Assembly: GCA_013239625.1 (NCBI GenBank)
Contig: MU056000.1
Location: 11,483,175 to 11,547,174, forward strand
Reading direction: 5' to 3'
Length of the DNA stretch: 64,000 nt
From: Lama guanicoe
Lineage: Eukaryota
The notes under the pieces were generated by a model that did not search any database, was not told the DNA's origin, and saw nothing but the letters and a program-made list of their open reading frames with translations. Each line of letters begins with the position of its first letter. Positions within the stretch are counted from its first letter, which is position 1. Shown here in pieces: positions 1 through 11,700 of the stretch. Made by a program: the position numbers and the translations under genes.

Positions 1-1389
1 TACAGTATTGTATCCGCCCACAAAGGAGTGAAAACTGAAACCTGAAATATTTTCATAATCAGGGTCCAACCAAAATTGGCCACAGTTTGGTCTGAAGATA
101 TGAAATCATGTAGAGACGGAGTGCAGGGATTAGAATGGCTGAAACCACTCCTACTTACAGGAGCCAGCTCCATCCCCAGTGAACTTCTGGCGCATGGTCA
201 GCATGGTCTGCAGCTCACGCCTCTGCGCTCTGCTGGGGAATGGGCGGGCGGGGTCGAAGGGCTGATGGTTTCCCGTAAGGCCCAAAGGTTGTGCTTCTCC
301 AGGTCTGAAGTACCAAAGTTGACTGTGTCCTTTATGGCTCAGACTCACCCGGTGTCATCTTCTCTTCATCTTTGGAAATTGCTTTAAATCCCTGCATGTG
401 TTAAATGGCTTTTCTAAATCTATAGCCTTGTCAGGCTGTATGACCTTCTCCTGGGGTCTGAAATACGGGCATCCCAGGTCAATATTCATGTTAAGGTCTC
501 ATTGATACATCCTTCTCGCTTTCCCAGGGAGAGACAGAGGAGCACTTCTCGGTCCAGATGATTTCTGCAGTAGGACAGGTGCTAAAATCATGGCTGGATA
601 ATGTTCCCAGCATCCAATTTGATCTTATGATCAAGTAAAGGGAGGACCGCCAGGGAGGGGTTGGGGAGGGGTAACGGGTGGAAATTCAGAACCTGGAAGA
701 ATTGTCCCCCGCAGAGAAACTAAAAGACACATAGATATTTCCTTTTCTTTCCCACGTCCTTTTTAAAAAAAAAGTTAGTATTTATTTTTCAGAAGGGGAA
801 TATAAATATTTATGCATCGAAAAATGGTATTGCTGGTGATGTTCAGCTTCTGTTATCATGTTCAGATTATGGTGCAGACGGAGCTATTCCGAACATTTTC
901 ATGCTGTTATGCCAATGGTCAACCTTGAAAAATGAGGGCCTATATCCATTTTCTTCTAATCTCTGCTAAATGCATATGATATTTTCCCTCAAGATATAAG
1001 TTGTAACCATCCATGAAGGATGCAAGCCTTTCGTGAAGAAAATAGAATGTTTAACTGTTGACCGAAGCGTGGAGGTACCAGGCATACGTACATCTGAAGC
1101 ATTGATGGATGGTGTGTCCCTTTATCAGTGTCAGCTATGATGGTAACAGGACTGATAAGGGTAGTTCATCAGCTACCATTTTTGGCTGGAGAGGCCAGGA
1201 AGGCTGAATGGTGGCTATGAAAATGCCATCACTGAAATCATCACGCATTCCTTATACCATGAGGGGCTGCTTCCTGTAACTGCTTCTTCCAAGATTTTAT
1301 TGGAGCAAAGCAGCAGTGGCCATAGTGTGTTCATTGCCTGTCCTGAGATGGCTTAGAGTCATGGAGACACCAATCGTCTTAGCATCAAA

Positions 1390-1570
1390 AGTACCAGCTC
1401 TGTGTTAGCTATATGACCCTGAGCAGGTTACCTAATCTTTCTTTCCCTGATGGCCTCATTTTTCACTTGTGGGAATTTGGCCCAGAGCTCTTGCCTGGGT
1501 TATAGGGTAAGAGATGACAGATAAAAGTGCTTGGTCAACTCTGTAGCCCTGTAAGAGTGTAAATAATAAG
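1390..1570 (+). mobile_element. MIR SINE fragment (old, MIRc-like)
   Basis: Degenerate MIR core: CCAGCTCTGTGTTAGCTATATGACCCTGAGCAGGTTACCTAATCTT...GGCCTCATTTTTCACTTGT. Confidence 0.65.
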
Positions 1571-3689
1571 TAACTTGATTGCACCTCTAGCGATGCCCTC
1601 AGGGTGCAAATGCAAAAGGATCTTGCAGCTTTTCGGGCTTTACTCCACCAAGCTGTCCACAGTTGTCTTCAGGAAGGCCTTGATTATTTCTCTTTCATTT
1701 GCATAGATTCCTGGCTTCTTAATCATGTAATACCGCTGCAGCCATCTTCAGATGCCAGGCCTGAACTCAAGCACATCAATTATAATTCAAAAGTGGTCAG
1801 TTTTGATTCAAGAATTGATTTATTTACCTTCTTACTGCAAGTGCATTCTTGATGAATACCCCAATTTATAAGATACAAACTTACCTCAATGTAGCCTACT
1901 CCCGGAAAAGGTCCTAAACATACAATGCTTTTGGCTTTCAAGAGAGTCTCCTACAGAGGAAAGGGATTAGACTAGAAACCTCCGTGTGAATTGTTTCCAT
2001 TTTCTTTCCAATTCTAACGCAATCTAAGTTCTGCATCTCAATATCAAGATGGTACTCTTTAAAAAAATCTTCAAGTTATAATTTTAACATGTTTCTGACT
2101 CACGAATGGGCTTTGTTGCCTACACGTGCGTCTTGGTAAATGGCAGTTCTTCTTCCACCGGGTGAGCCCTTAGCTCGGCTTAGTGCGGTTTTGAAAGCTT
2201 GAAAGTGAACTTAGTCTGCTGGGATTCAGTTTCTGACACTGCCAAGTTGTTGTGAATCTGGTAACATATCGCTTTTCTACTCAAAAAAGCTGGCTCTTAA
2301 ATAGGCACAGTAATATTACCGGGAGCCTCAAGGTAGAGAAGGCGGACTGGGCACCAAGAATCTTGGTATTTTCAGCCCTGAAAAACTGTACCTCAAGTCC
2401 TTTTCTGTTCCATTGTTCGGCCGTTTTGGCCTCTGTGAAAACGGAAGAGAGCCGTGGCACGGTGGTGTCCGGGAGCCCGGGAGAAAAAGCAGTGGCAGCG
2501 ATTGAGAGGTCTGGGCGACCCTGACAGAGGTTCTAACCACTGCCGACGGCTCTGGCCATGCTCATCAATGAAGACAGAGGTGACCCCCCAGCCACACCGA
2601 GGGGCTGTGCTCAGCCAGCAGCACTGGGTACTTGAGCTGCTGTGAATGTGGTAGCAGGTGGATGGAGGAGACCACAGCCAGATGTGGAAGAGGGGACCAA
2701 AAACCAGCTAGGGCTTGCAGAGGAGACGGTGAACAGGAAGTCTGCCCAGTGGATGTCGGATAGAAAGGGGAGCCTGGGCTCTTGGGTTCTGTTCACCTGT
2801 CCTTGAAAGGCCTAGAAGAGCATCTGTGACTCGGGCTGTCCAAGTTAGGCACCGAAAAGGAACTATCCCAATAGTGGGTATAAGCCAATAGGAGGAAGCC
2901 AAGCAAAGAGTAAATTGGCATTATATCAGAACTCCAACTTTCCCCACTCTGAAACTTTCTTGATTAATTGTTCTCAAACCATTAGTACACAAAATAATGT
3001 AATAAAATTTTCTTACCAATGATGCTGCAAACAATGTTATGCTGAACCATGGTGAAAATCCAGGAGAAATTTTAAGATTTGCACATTCCATCTGCTCTCA
3101 TTCTAGTTAAATGGAAGTTTACTATGTTACACAAGTTTCGATCACGGTCAGAGCAGAAAGAAAGTAAACTCTAAAGAGTATAAACAAACACCTCTGAACA
3201 CTCCCAAGTAGGTTTAACCTGCACATTTCCAATAATCCCCAGGAGATGCAATCAACCAGGAGCTTCAGTCTCGTTCCATGGGGATGCAGAATTTTCTAGC
3301 ATCAGTAGCACTGGACTTGGCAATTGAAATTTCGGAAAAAGTATCCATTAGGAGTCAAATATGAGAATTATTCCATTAGACTGAGCTGTAACATTGAGAA
3401 AGGGACTACCTACTCAATTCTATGCTGTTATCTGGGTGTGATTCTGGGGACAAAGATACTTTCCCATCAGACAGCACCAGCTCCTTGCCCTATTAAGTTG
3501 TATCCTACTTTTCCTGAGATGCTCCCTTAACTTTGTACTTCCAGGAGCAAGTCCAGATGCAGAACTTCCCCCTGGAGGGTCGACGGGTTTCTTGTGAAAA
3601 GTCTCCAGCCACTTCCCAGATCCCTGCAAATCCAGGGAGAGGTGACCAGTTCCCAGCTCCAGATTTCCTGAATAGGATCGGGCCTCCGC

Positions 3690-3810
3690 TGCTGATAAAA
3701 CTGGGTGACATGGGCAAGGTCCTTACCTCAGTTTCCTCATCTGAGAGAAGAATAACAGAACCTACCACATGGATTGTTATGAGGATTAATTAAATTAATA
3801 CATGTAAATC
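3690..3810 (+). mobile_element. MIR SINE fragment
   Basis: GTGACATGGGCAAGG...CCTCAGTTTCCTCATCTG...GGATTGTTATGAGGATTAA resembles the MIR core and 3' part. Confidence 0.8.
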
Positions 3811-3949
3811 GGAAGATCACTTACGTGACTCCTCACAGGAAAAGCAGCTCAGGCCTGAAGTTACTTATCACTACCTCACTAACACCTTGTGGAGATACTG
3901 AATTTATCTCCGGCCCCACATCAACCGTCCCCCTTTAAGGATCGGGTTG

Positions 3950-4110
3950 AGGACTTCAGATCACAACCACCTGGAAGGCTTGTTAAAACAGATTGATGGG
4001 CCCCATCCCTGGACCTTCTGATTTTGATGGGGCCTGAGAATTTGCATCCTTAACGAGTTTTAAGAGATGTTGATATTGCCGGTTTGTGGGCCACACACTG
4101 AGCACTGTTG
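3950..4110. mobile_element. MER5A-type hAT-Charlie MITE
   Basis: CACCTGGAAGGCTTGTTAAAACAGATTGATGGGCCCCATCCC...GGGGCCTGAGAATTTGCATC...GGGCCACACACTGAG. Confidence 0.8.
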
Positions 4111-5692
4111 TTATAGACCATTAACTTTGTGAAATACTCTCTCTGTTAAGCAAACTCCTTTCTTCTAATTGGGACAAGATCAGGTTAAGTTACATCGATC
4201 TATTTATGATTCATTTCAAATCACTTATCAGAGTTTATAAGCAAAAGGGTATTTTCTAAGACCGTTTTATAAGTAAGTTTCTTTAAATGGGAAATTCAAG
4301 AAAGAAAATGAGGACACTGATATGAATCTTATATCTATAGGCATCACCCAATCTTGTTCAGCTCTGAATATCAGTTATGGCTTGTTTTATGTCCCTTGTT
4401 TTTATTTACAAAACCAAAGGGGAAACCTGGGGTTCACTCTGTGCTGGGACTAACGATGCCGCAGAGCAGATGGTACAATCAAGAGCCTGGAGATCCTTGC
4501 TTCACTTTTTGCAAAGCACCAGCTGCAAGGTCTTCTGGGATCACAGGGAGAAAGAAAACCTCATCTTCTTGATGGAAAATGAAAATCTCCGTAGCATTTA
4601 CGAGCCTTGGAGAGGAAGTGGCTGTTCATTTCATGACACAGAGAAGTACATGGGGCAAAGACCCAAAACTGTGAGCCTGCCTTCCATCATGTGACACACG
4701 GAGAAGGGACACAGACACACCAGAGATAGTCGATATTGGATACAGATGTCCCCCCCCCGCAAAAGCGGCTTTATTCTGTCGAACTGCCAGGCAGCACCAG
4801 CTGTTTATAAAATCATGAGAAGAGAGAGGTGAGGAGGGTCACGTGTTCAGACACAGAGTTTCAGTGATTTTACAAACCTCATTATTTCTAAAGAAGAGCA
4901 AGATGAAAACAGCCTACTTATAAACCCGGACCCGCCAATTAGGCCAACCATTCCCTGCTCCCTTGAACACCATTCCTGCAAAATACACGCACTAAATGCA
5001 GAAATGAAGCAATTATCAGAGGATCCAACAGAAAACCCTCTTTGATCCAATCAAGGGCCTGCCTTAGTCGGCAGGCTTACGTAAATGGAATTGAATCTCA
5101 TCCTCTTATCACACAGGATGGATTCAGCCCTCATGTTTCAAAATGACATCTGGCTAACAGTTCTTGAAGAAACCTCTCCTGGCTTCCTCTAACATTTTGC
5201 TTCACTTTCTGGTTTTTCTGGCTGAAGCTCCGCCCATCATCTGTCCATCCACCTATCAATAAAGTAATAATGACACACATGGTTCTCAAATGAAGAACTG
5301 ATGGGCAACTCCTTCCAGAATTTGAGGGGATTTCCAATGACTATAAAATTGGTGGAAATGTGTATACTTTCTTTGCTTCTGGCTCAGAAAAGTAAGGATG
5401 GTACCAATCAGAGGATCGGATAGAAGTGTCTCATCTGCCTGGAAAAGCCAATTGGGGCACTACATGTGATTTTCAAAATGTGGTAGTACTTTTATGCTTA
5501 AATTCATTGGAGAATGAAATGCCCAGGGAACTTCAAGCAAGAAGAAGGAGGCTTGGAGGAGAATATTCGGGGAGGGGAGGGGAGGAGACCCAGGTGAAGT
5601 GCCCTGGATGTAGCCATAGAAACGGCCCTGGCAGCAGGGTCTGCTGAGGAGGTGAGGCTCCTCCTATGATATGTCTCTTTAAAATATCAGAG

Positions 5693-5958
5693 CTAATTTA
5701 GGAGTTTGGGATTAACATATGCACATGACTGTTTATAAAACAGATGAAAAAAACAAGGTCCTACTGTAGAGCACAGGGAACTATATTCAATACCTTGTAA
5801 TAGCCTAGAGTGGGAAAGAATATGAAAAAGAATATATATCTATATCTGTATCACTGAATCACTGTGCTGTACACCTGAAACTAATACTATATTGTAAACC
5901 AACTATACTCCAATAAAAAAAATTAAAAATAAGTAAAGGGAAAATTAAAGGAAAAAAA
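5693..5958 (+). mobile_element. 5'-truncated L1 3' end (cetartiodactyl/camelid type) with A-rich tail
   Basis: AACAAGGTCCTACTGTAGAGCACAGGGAACTATATTCAA...TGTACACCTGAAACTAA...CTATACTCCAATAAAAAA. Same 3' UTR as the copies near 17.2, 27.0, 43.7, 58.3 and 61.7 kb. Confidence 0.9.
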
Positions 5959-6483
5959 CAACAGAGAGTCAGGGAGAAAGACTGGGAAGATTAGTATAAA
6001 CAGACAGTACATTGGTCCACCAGCCACAGTCATACCTTTAAAGCTTCACGGTGGCAGCTCTGGTGTCCAGAAATCTTCCAGCTACCCCTTCTGTTCACCT
6101 GAATGACTACACACCTTTCCTGTCAGCCTGGAGCTGCTTTTCCCACAGACACCTCCTGAAGCCCAAGACAACGGAAGGTGAGCCACGGCATCTTTCTTAG
6201 CTCACCATCATATCAGTCGCAATTATTGCAGTTTTCAGGTTTCCCAGGTGTCTGGGAGCTCCATGAAGGCAGGGGCCAAGCTCCCCTTTCCAGTACCTGC
6301 TGTAATCGCTGGTCCCGAGCAGCACAAAAGAAGCTGCTGTGAGAAATAATGACGGAACGAGAGTTTAGGTGCGAACTGCCGGCACCCTTCAGACTAATCT
6401 CAAGATGTAGCTACATCAGGGCCTTCACAGCAGTCAGCCACATAAATCAGATATCTGCATTAAATTAGGATAATGTGAGAATA

Positions 6484-6537
6484 TATATCAGTCAGGGTTC
6501 TCCAGAGTAAAAGAACAAATTGGAGAGATAGGTAGAT

Positions 6538-6593
<56 letters not shown>

Positions 6594-6930
6594 CTATTGA
6601 AAGAGAGAGACTTTTTTTTAAGAAACTGGCTGAACAAGATTGTGGGGACCCTTGCAAGTCTGAAATCTATAGGGAAGCCCAGTACACTGCTATCTATGTT
6701 ATAGTCCTGAAACAGAATTTCTTTTTCTCTGGGAATTCTCAGTTTTTGTTCTTAAGTCCTTCAGCTGATTAGACAAGGCCCACTCATATGTGGAGGAGAA
6801 TCTGAATATAAAAGTCAACTGATCGTAAGTGTTAATCACATCTACAAAATGCCTTCACAACAACATTTAAACTAGTCTGAGCAATCAGCTAGGCACCATA
6901 ACCTCACCAAGCTGACACATGAAATCAATG
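6484..6930 (-). mobile_element. MLT2-family (ERVL) solo LTR containing a (GATA)n array
   Basis: TCAGTCAGGGTTCTCCAGAG at the left end; AAGTCAACTGATCGTAAGTGTTAATCACATCTACAAAATGCCTTCACA and AAGCTGACACATGAAAT at the right end. Confidence 0.85.
6526..6597. repeat. (GATA)n tetranucleotide microsatellite
   Basis: Tandem AGAT units visible directly. Confidence 0.95.
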
Positions 6931-6949
6931 TGCAATTGATACAGTTCAG

Positions 6950-7270
6950 AAAGAACTATTTATGAAAGTAAGAGAAATCATTATTGATCAGAATACCTTG
7001 GGGTTAAAAACAAGAGGGCTGTCATTACCCACAGGCTCAAAAAGTCAAGGGAGGGGGATGGGGAGCATTTACCAGAATCTGGAGAGGGAGAGAGCTGTGT
7101 GACGTGGATGCTTTAGGAGGACCTGTGACCTTCAGTCAAGGGACCAACAACCTCAGGAAGGAGCCAGAGGAATAAACACCATAACCTCACTCTCCTCCCT
7201 CCCTCCATTCTCCTGCCAGAGATTCCTATTGGCTGAACCCATCTGAAAACCACAGGCCAAGGGCTCCCTG
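6950..7270 (-). mobile_element. LTR33-like ERVL LTR
   Basis: GAATAAACACCATAACCTCACTCTCCTCCCTCCCTCCATTCTCCTGCC...CCTATTGGCTGAACCC...GGCCAAGGGCTCCC. Confidence 0.7.
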
Positions 7271-7559
7271 TGGACCTCACAACAGCCCATGGGGCAACAA
7301 GAATATCAGCACGACCTTGACCAGCCACCACAGTGACGGAGCCAGAATGTAATCTCTAACCATTGTGTAAATCAACAATGGGTCTGATCATATCTCAGAT
7401 CTCCGGAGCATGTGTGAACATTCAATACAACAAACTTTGATAAAGGGGACATCATGCCCAAAACTTAAAGGGAACCAAAAAAATGTTTTTGAAAAGTATT
7501 TACTATAGGAGCTGTAAGAAAAGTTTGGAAATCTGGCATCAATTAATGGCAGTAAGAAT

Positions 7560-8150
7560 ATCTGAGTTTTATGATAAAGAAGAAAAGGACAAAGGAGAGA
7601 GAAGGCCAGGAGAAAGGGCGGAACAGTGACATGTACAGCAGATAAATGGGACAGGGAATTCCTATAAGGGAGGCAACCATATCATCACAGAGTTAAATTT
7701 TCTACTGGAGGTAGTAAAATAAAGAACTGATGATATAGAAAATCAAAGAAGTGACATGGAAGAGACCCTGGAAAAACTCTACTAAAGTGATAATTAAAGG
7801 CATATTTGAGAAAAGAGCTCTCATGTTCATAGGCTTTGTTGAGTCTGAGTTTTAAAATGTGAGGATACCAATTTAAAAGGCATACTGTGTTCCAGGAAAA
7901 ATCAAATAAAAGACACCTACATCCTGACAGAAGTTTTGAATTTCCAAAGTTAAAGAAAAAAATTTGTTTAAGCCTCTGGAATAGGTTGACTAGAAGCTGT
8001 CTGTGGTAATTAATCTTCTCCTCTGCAACTCTAAGTACCAGAAGACAATTGAGTCACATGTACAGAGGGAAATGTGTAGCCTGTGCATTTTAGCCTGTCA
8101 AGTTGCTTAAGAGAATGACTTAAATGTTCAGTTGCTCAGAAAATTACCTT
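7560..8150 (+). mobile_element. Ancient HAL1 / L1 ORF1-region remnant
   Basis: A-rich degenerate ORF1-like sequence: TGTTCCAGGAAAAATCAAATAAAAGACACCTACATCC...TTCTCCTCTGCAACTCTAAGTACCAGAAGACAATTGAG. Confidence 0.55.
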
Positions 8151-8251
8151 GGCATTTTGAACGGTTTCAGTTGGATGAGAGATGAACCAACATATAGTTC
8201 TAACATATATAACTCACACAGTGCAATTTATGATAACATAACATAACATAA

Positions 8252-8756
8252 TGTGAATGAAAAATATTGCCAGCTGTATCAGTAAGCAAAGGATGCTGTG
8301 GCCATCAAATCATCAGATGCCGCCACCACCCTGGCGGCAGTGAGCGGAGGGAATGCAGGATGCCTACGAGCAGGCAGCCCAGCCTCTGCAGCCACCCCCG
8401 ACGGTGTGCCCTGAGGAAATTGAGGATGGAAAAGAACAGGATACAGGCCCTAAACAGCCAGGTGCACATCAAAGGAATGATTTCAATGAGCCCAGACCTG
8501 TGCGCCTTCCCATCCAAAGGAAAGTGCTAAATCCTTTAACTTGAGGTTCCTGGTTTTCTTTAAATAGCAGTAATTTTTTGATGTTTCGACTACCCGGTCT
8601 TTGTTGTAAAAACTCACATATCCTGGCTTCTATCTTGCCACTTTGGAAGAGCCTCTTAGACCTGAGAGGCTGTGTCCTGGGCTTGAGTTCTCAGGAAATC
8701 TGTCAAATAAAACATAACTCTCAACTTTTAGGTTGTGCATTTTATTTCAGTCAACA
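8252..8756 (+). mobile_element. ERV1 solo LTR, MER41-like cetartiodactyl family (copy 1)
   Basis: TG...CA termini (TGTGAATGAAAA...TCAGTCAACA), AATAAA near the 3' end, flanks ATAA/ATAC (degenerate 4-bp TSD), homology to 10505-10965 and 54933-55434. Confidence 0.85.
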
Positions 8757-9399
8757 ATACCAGAACAGAACAGAACAGAAAACATAACATAACCATAATG
8801 TTTTTTTGCAAAGTAATCCAAACCATGTCGGTCTGACCCATCTTTTTACCTCAATCTTCACAGGCAACTAAGAGTGGCATGAAAGATTTGTCAAAGTTTC
8901 CCTCAGCATTGATCCCAGATCTAGAACTGAGAAAGTTTGTATGTTATCAGACCATTCTGCACCTTGAGGGTGAAACTTGACCCTGGAATGCTTCCCTCCA
9001 GTTTAACTCATTTAGTTACAATGTGTTTCTATAGTCACCCACAGCCATGATTGAAGACACTTAAAATAAAAAGCTTTTATTTGGTGTCTACCTTTGCCAA
9101 CCATGGCTAAACTCCTAAGTACTTGGAACACCAAATTAGAAGGAGTACTAAAAGTTTTATTTGTTTTCTTTATTCATAAAACTAAAGATGCATAGACAAT
9201 ATGATGCCTGATTGCACTGCAAGTTACTTGAAGAATGATCTTTGACCTCTTTAAAATTCATGTTGAAGACAGCAGTGATTGGAGATTTTTAATTCAGAGA
9301 ACTTAATAAATCCACTCAGAGATTGATATTACCTGTTACTGAATAATTCTTTACAAATTTCTCCTATAAGGCCTATAGATGTCTCCTTGTTGGTGCCTA

Positions 9400-9760
9400 A
9401 AATCGTGTGTACAGTATGCTTTCAACTATGTTTCTATAAAAGCATAGGAAAAGGCTATAAGAAAATACACTCAGTGTTAACTAACAGCTGTATACTTTCA
9501 GTATTTCAAGTAAGCTTTCTGCAAGCATTTCTAATTTTTCTATAATGAACAAGTATAATTTTTGAGTCTGAAAAAATAAACTAAAAAAATTCAGCACATA
9601 CAATATGTTATATAGTTTAACACAACCACATAAAAATTCACAGCAAAAGAGGGAAAGAAGATAAATCAAAATGTTAACAGTATTTATCTCTAAGACGTAG
9701 AAATATAGGACATTTATTTCTTCATTTTTGCAATATTTTAGACATTTTGGAAATAATCAT
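9400..9760 (+). mobile_element. Old L1 (L1ME/L1MC-type) 3' UTR terminal fragments
   Basis: Two degenerate terminal segments, e.g. AAAATACACTCAGTGTTAAC...TTTTTCTATAATGAACAAGTATAATTTT and AAAATGTTAACAGTATTTATCTCT. Confidence 0.5.
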
Positions 9761-9911
9761 GTTTTAGATCCATAGGGATTAAATTAAAGAAACAGAGAAA
9801 TACTTTAACAATGATTTATCTTTCTCGGGGGAATAACTGTAGGAAAGAGTTTCACTGAAGGGTTTTATAGCCAAGTAATAATACAAATCATTCTCATAAT
9901 AACAAAAAGAA

Positions 9912-10132
9912 GTAATATTTATATGAAGGTTATTATGTCCCAAGCAGTATCTAAGCATTTACATTCTTTGTCTTATTTTATCTCTAAAACAATCTTATGA
10001 GATGTATTATGTTATTATGATAACCATTTTACAGATGAGAACACCAAGAATAAAAGGGTGTAACAGGGGATAAGTAACTTGTCCAACAGCTAGCAAAAAG
10101 TGAGGGCTACGTTTAGACCAAAATCTCTGGCC
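9912..10132 (-). mobile_element. MIR SINE
   Basis: CCATTTTACAGATGAGAACACC...AAGTAACTTGTCCAA is the reverse-strand MIR core. Confidence 0.8.
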
Positions 10133-10373
10133 TAAAATAAAGTTGGAAATGGAATACAGGAAAAAGGCTCCCTCCCACCCAGATCAGGATCTATTTACTT
10201 GCACAAGATTAGCTTCTGGAAGAAAGGACCGCTTCAGCCTAGACACACCCCCAACTCATTACAGCTAATCTTTACACTTTCATACGGCTTTAGGACTCCC
10301 CGTGTAAATGGCTACAGCTTTGGCAGCCCTAGTGGATCCCTCTTCTATCAGTGTTTGTGTAGTGTTCACCTGG

Positions 10374-10462
10374 AAGAGAAGGGAGGGGAGGGGAGGGGAT
10401 GGATGGGGAGGAAAGGGAAGAGAAGAGAAGAAAGGAAGACGGGAAGGGGGGGTGGGGAGGGG
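10374..10462. repeat. Purine-rich (GA/GGGA) low-complexity tract
   Basis: Nearly pure G/A run directly upstream of LTR copy 2. Confidence 0.85.
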
Positions 10463-10504
10463 CATTCTCTCCAGCACAGCAGGCAGCAGCCTTGACCTCC
10501 AGAT

Positions 10505-10965
10505 TGTGAATGAAAAATGTTGCCTGCCACGTTGGTAAACAAAGGATGCTGTTGCAGCCATCAAGCCACTACGGCCGCCCCCACCCCACCTCCCCCATCT
10601 CCCGCCACAGTGTACCCTGAGGGGACTCAGGATGGGAGAACACCGGATACTGGCCCTAGATAGCTAGGTGCATATCAAAGAAATGATTTCAATGAGCCCA
10701 GACTCTTGCATCTTCCCATACAGAGAGAAGCACTAAATTCATTAACTTACTTATTTTCTATAATTAACAATAATCTTTTGATGTTCCAAGTACCTGATCT
10801 TTGCTGCAAAAATCCTTACATATCCTGGCTCCTCCCTTACCTCTTCTGAGCCCGGTCCCTCAGAGCTATTCTGAGAGGCTGCTTCCCAGATTTGAAGTCC
10901 TCAGAATGCCCTCTAAATAAAGCGTAATTCTCAACTTTCACACTGTGTGTTATTTTCAGTCGACT
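10505..10965 (+). mobile_element. ERV1 solo LTR, MER41-like family (copy 2, shorter variant)
   Basis: TGTGAATGAAAAATGTTGCC...AATAAAGCGTAATTCTCAACTTT...TTTTCAGTCGACT; homologous to copy 1. Confidence 0.85.
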
Positions 10966-11159
10966 TGGTGGAGGTCAATCATGATGAATTGGCTCCGCTC
11001 TGTTGGCCCCTTCTTCTCAGCCCTTCTCAGCGTGCGTCCTGGTTCATCTAGCACAGTCCCAGGTTATGCCTGTTTTTCTGGTATATTTATTAATAGCTCC
11101 CCTTTCACTCTCAAACAGATCTGCTTTGGACAATTGTGTGATAAGCCTCTTTCAGTTTG

Positions 11160-11240
11160 ATTGTATCCTCACTGCTAAGAATGCCTGGCACGTTTGGAGA
11201 GATTTCTACATATGCGTTGAATGAATGCATGAGTGGATAA
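11160..11240 (+). mobile_element. L2 LINE 3' end
   Basis: TGTATCCTCACTGCTAAGAATGCCTGGCAC...GTTGAATGAATG. Confidence 0.7.
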
Positions 11241-11385
11241 ATAGCCCACTACCACCTGAGAACCCACGTTCTCGTTTCTCGTATTTTCCCAGTGCTAGGC
11301 AAGAGCTCCCCCCCTGGGAGGTTCTGTGGGACGAGTACTCATGATGGTGAACAGAAGTGAGCCATCTAGTCCCCTTGTCACTTCT

Positions 11386-11700
11386 TGTGTCGGTCAGGGC
11401 TCATCCAGGGAGCTAGAAACACTCTAAGTTATGAAACTGTAGGAACTTGATCTTAGACAATCATGGGAGAAGCTGGGAAGTGAAGCCAAGTGTGTTTAGA
11501 CCCCAGTGTGGGTCTGCAAAGGGGAAGCTCGCAGCGAGGCTTCGGGAGTCAGGACAAGCTGCAGAGTACAGTGGCTGACTGTCACCGCTGCCCTCCAAAG
11601 CTCCCAGCAATTACCTTTGGCCAAGTGCGTCCCAAGACCATGCAGGGAGTGGAAATCTGGGAAAGTGGGGTTTTTTGCCTAATCAAGCTGGCTTAGCACA
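11386..11700. mobile_element. Old ERVL/MaLR-type LTR fragment (subfamily uncertain)
   Basis: TGTGTCGGTCAGGGCTCATCCAGGGAGCTAGAAACACTC start and GGAAATCTGGGAAAGTGGGGTTT...GCTTAGCACA end resemble ancient LTR termini. Confidence 0.45.

Noticed and set aside
8252..10965. Two same-orientation LTRs as the ends of one provirus
   Set aside because: The LTRs are different structural variants, there is no shared outer TSD, and the 1.75 kb between them contains older MIR and L1 remnants rather than gag/pol/env
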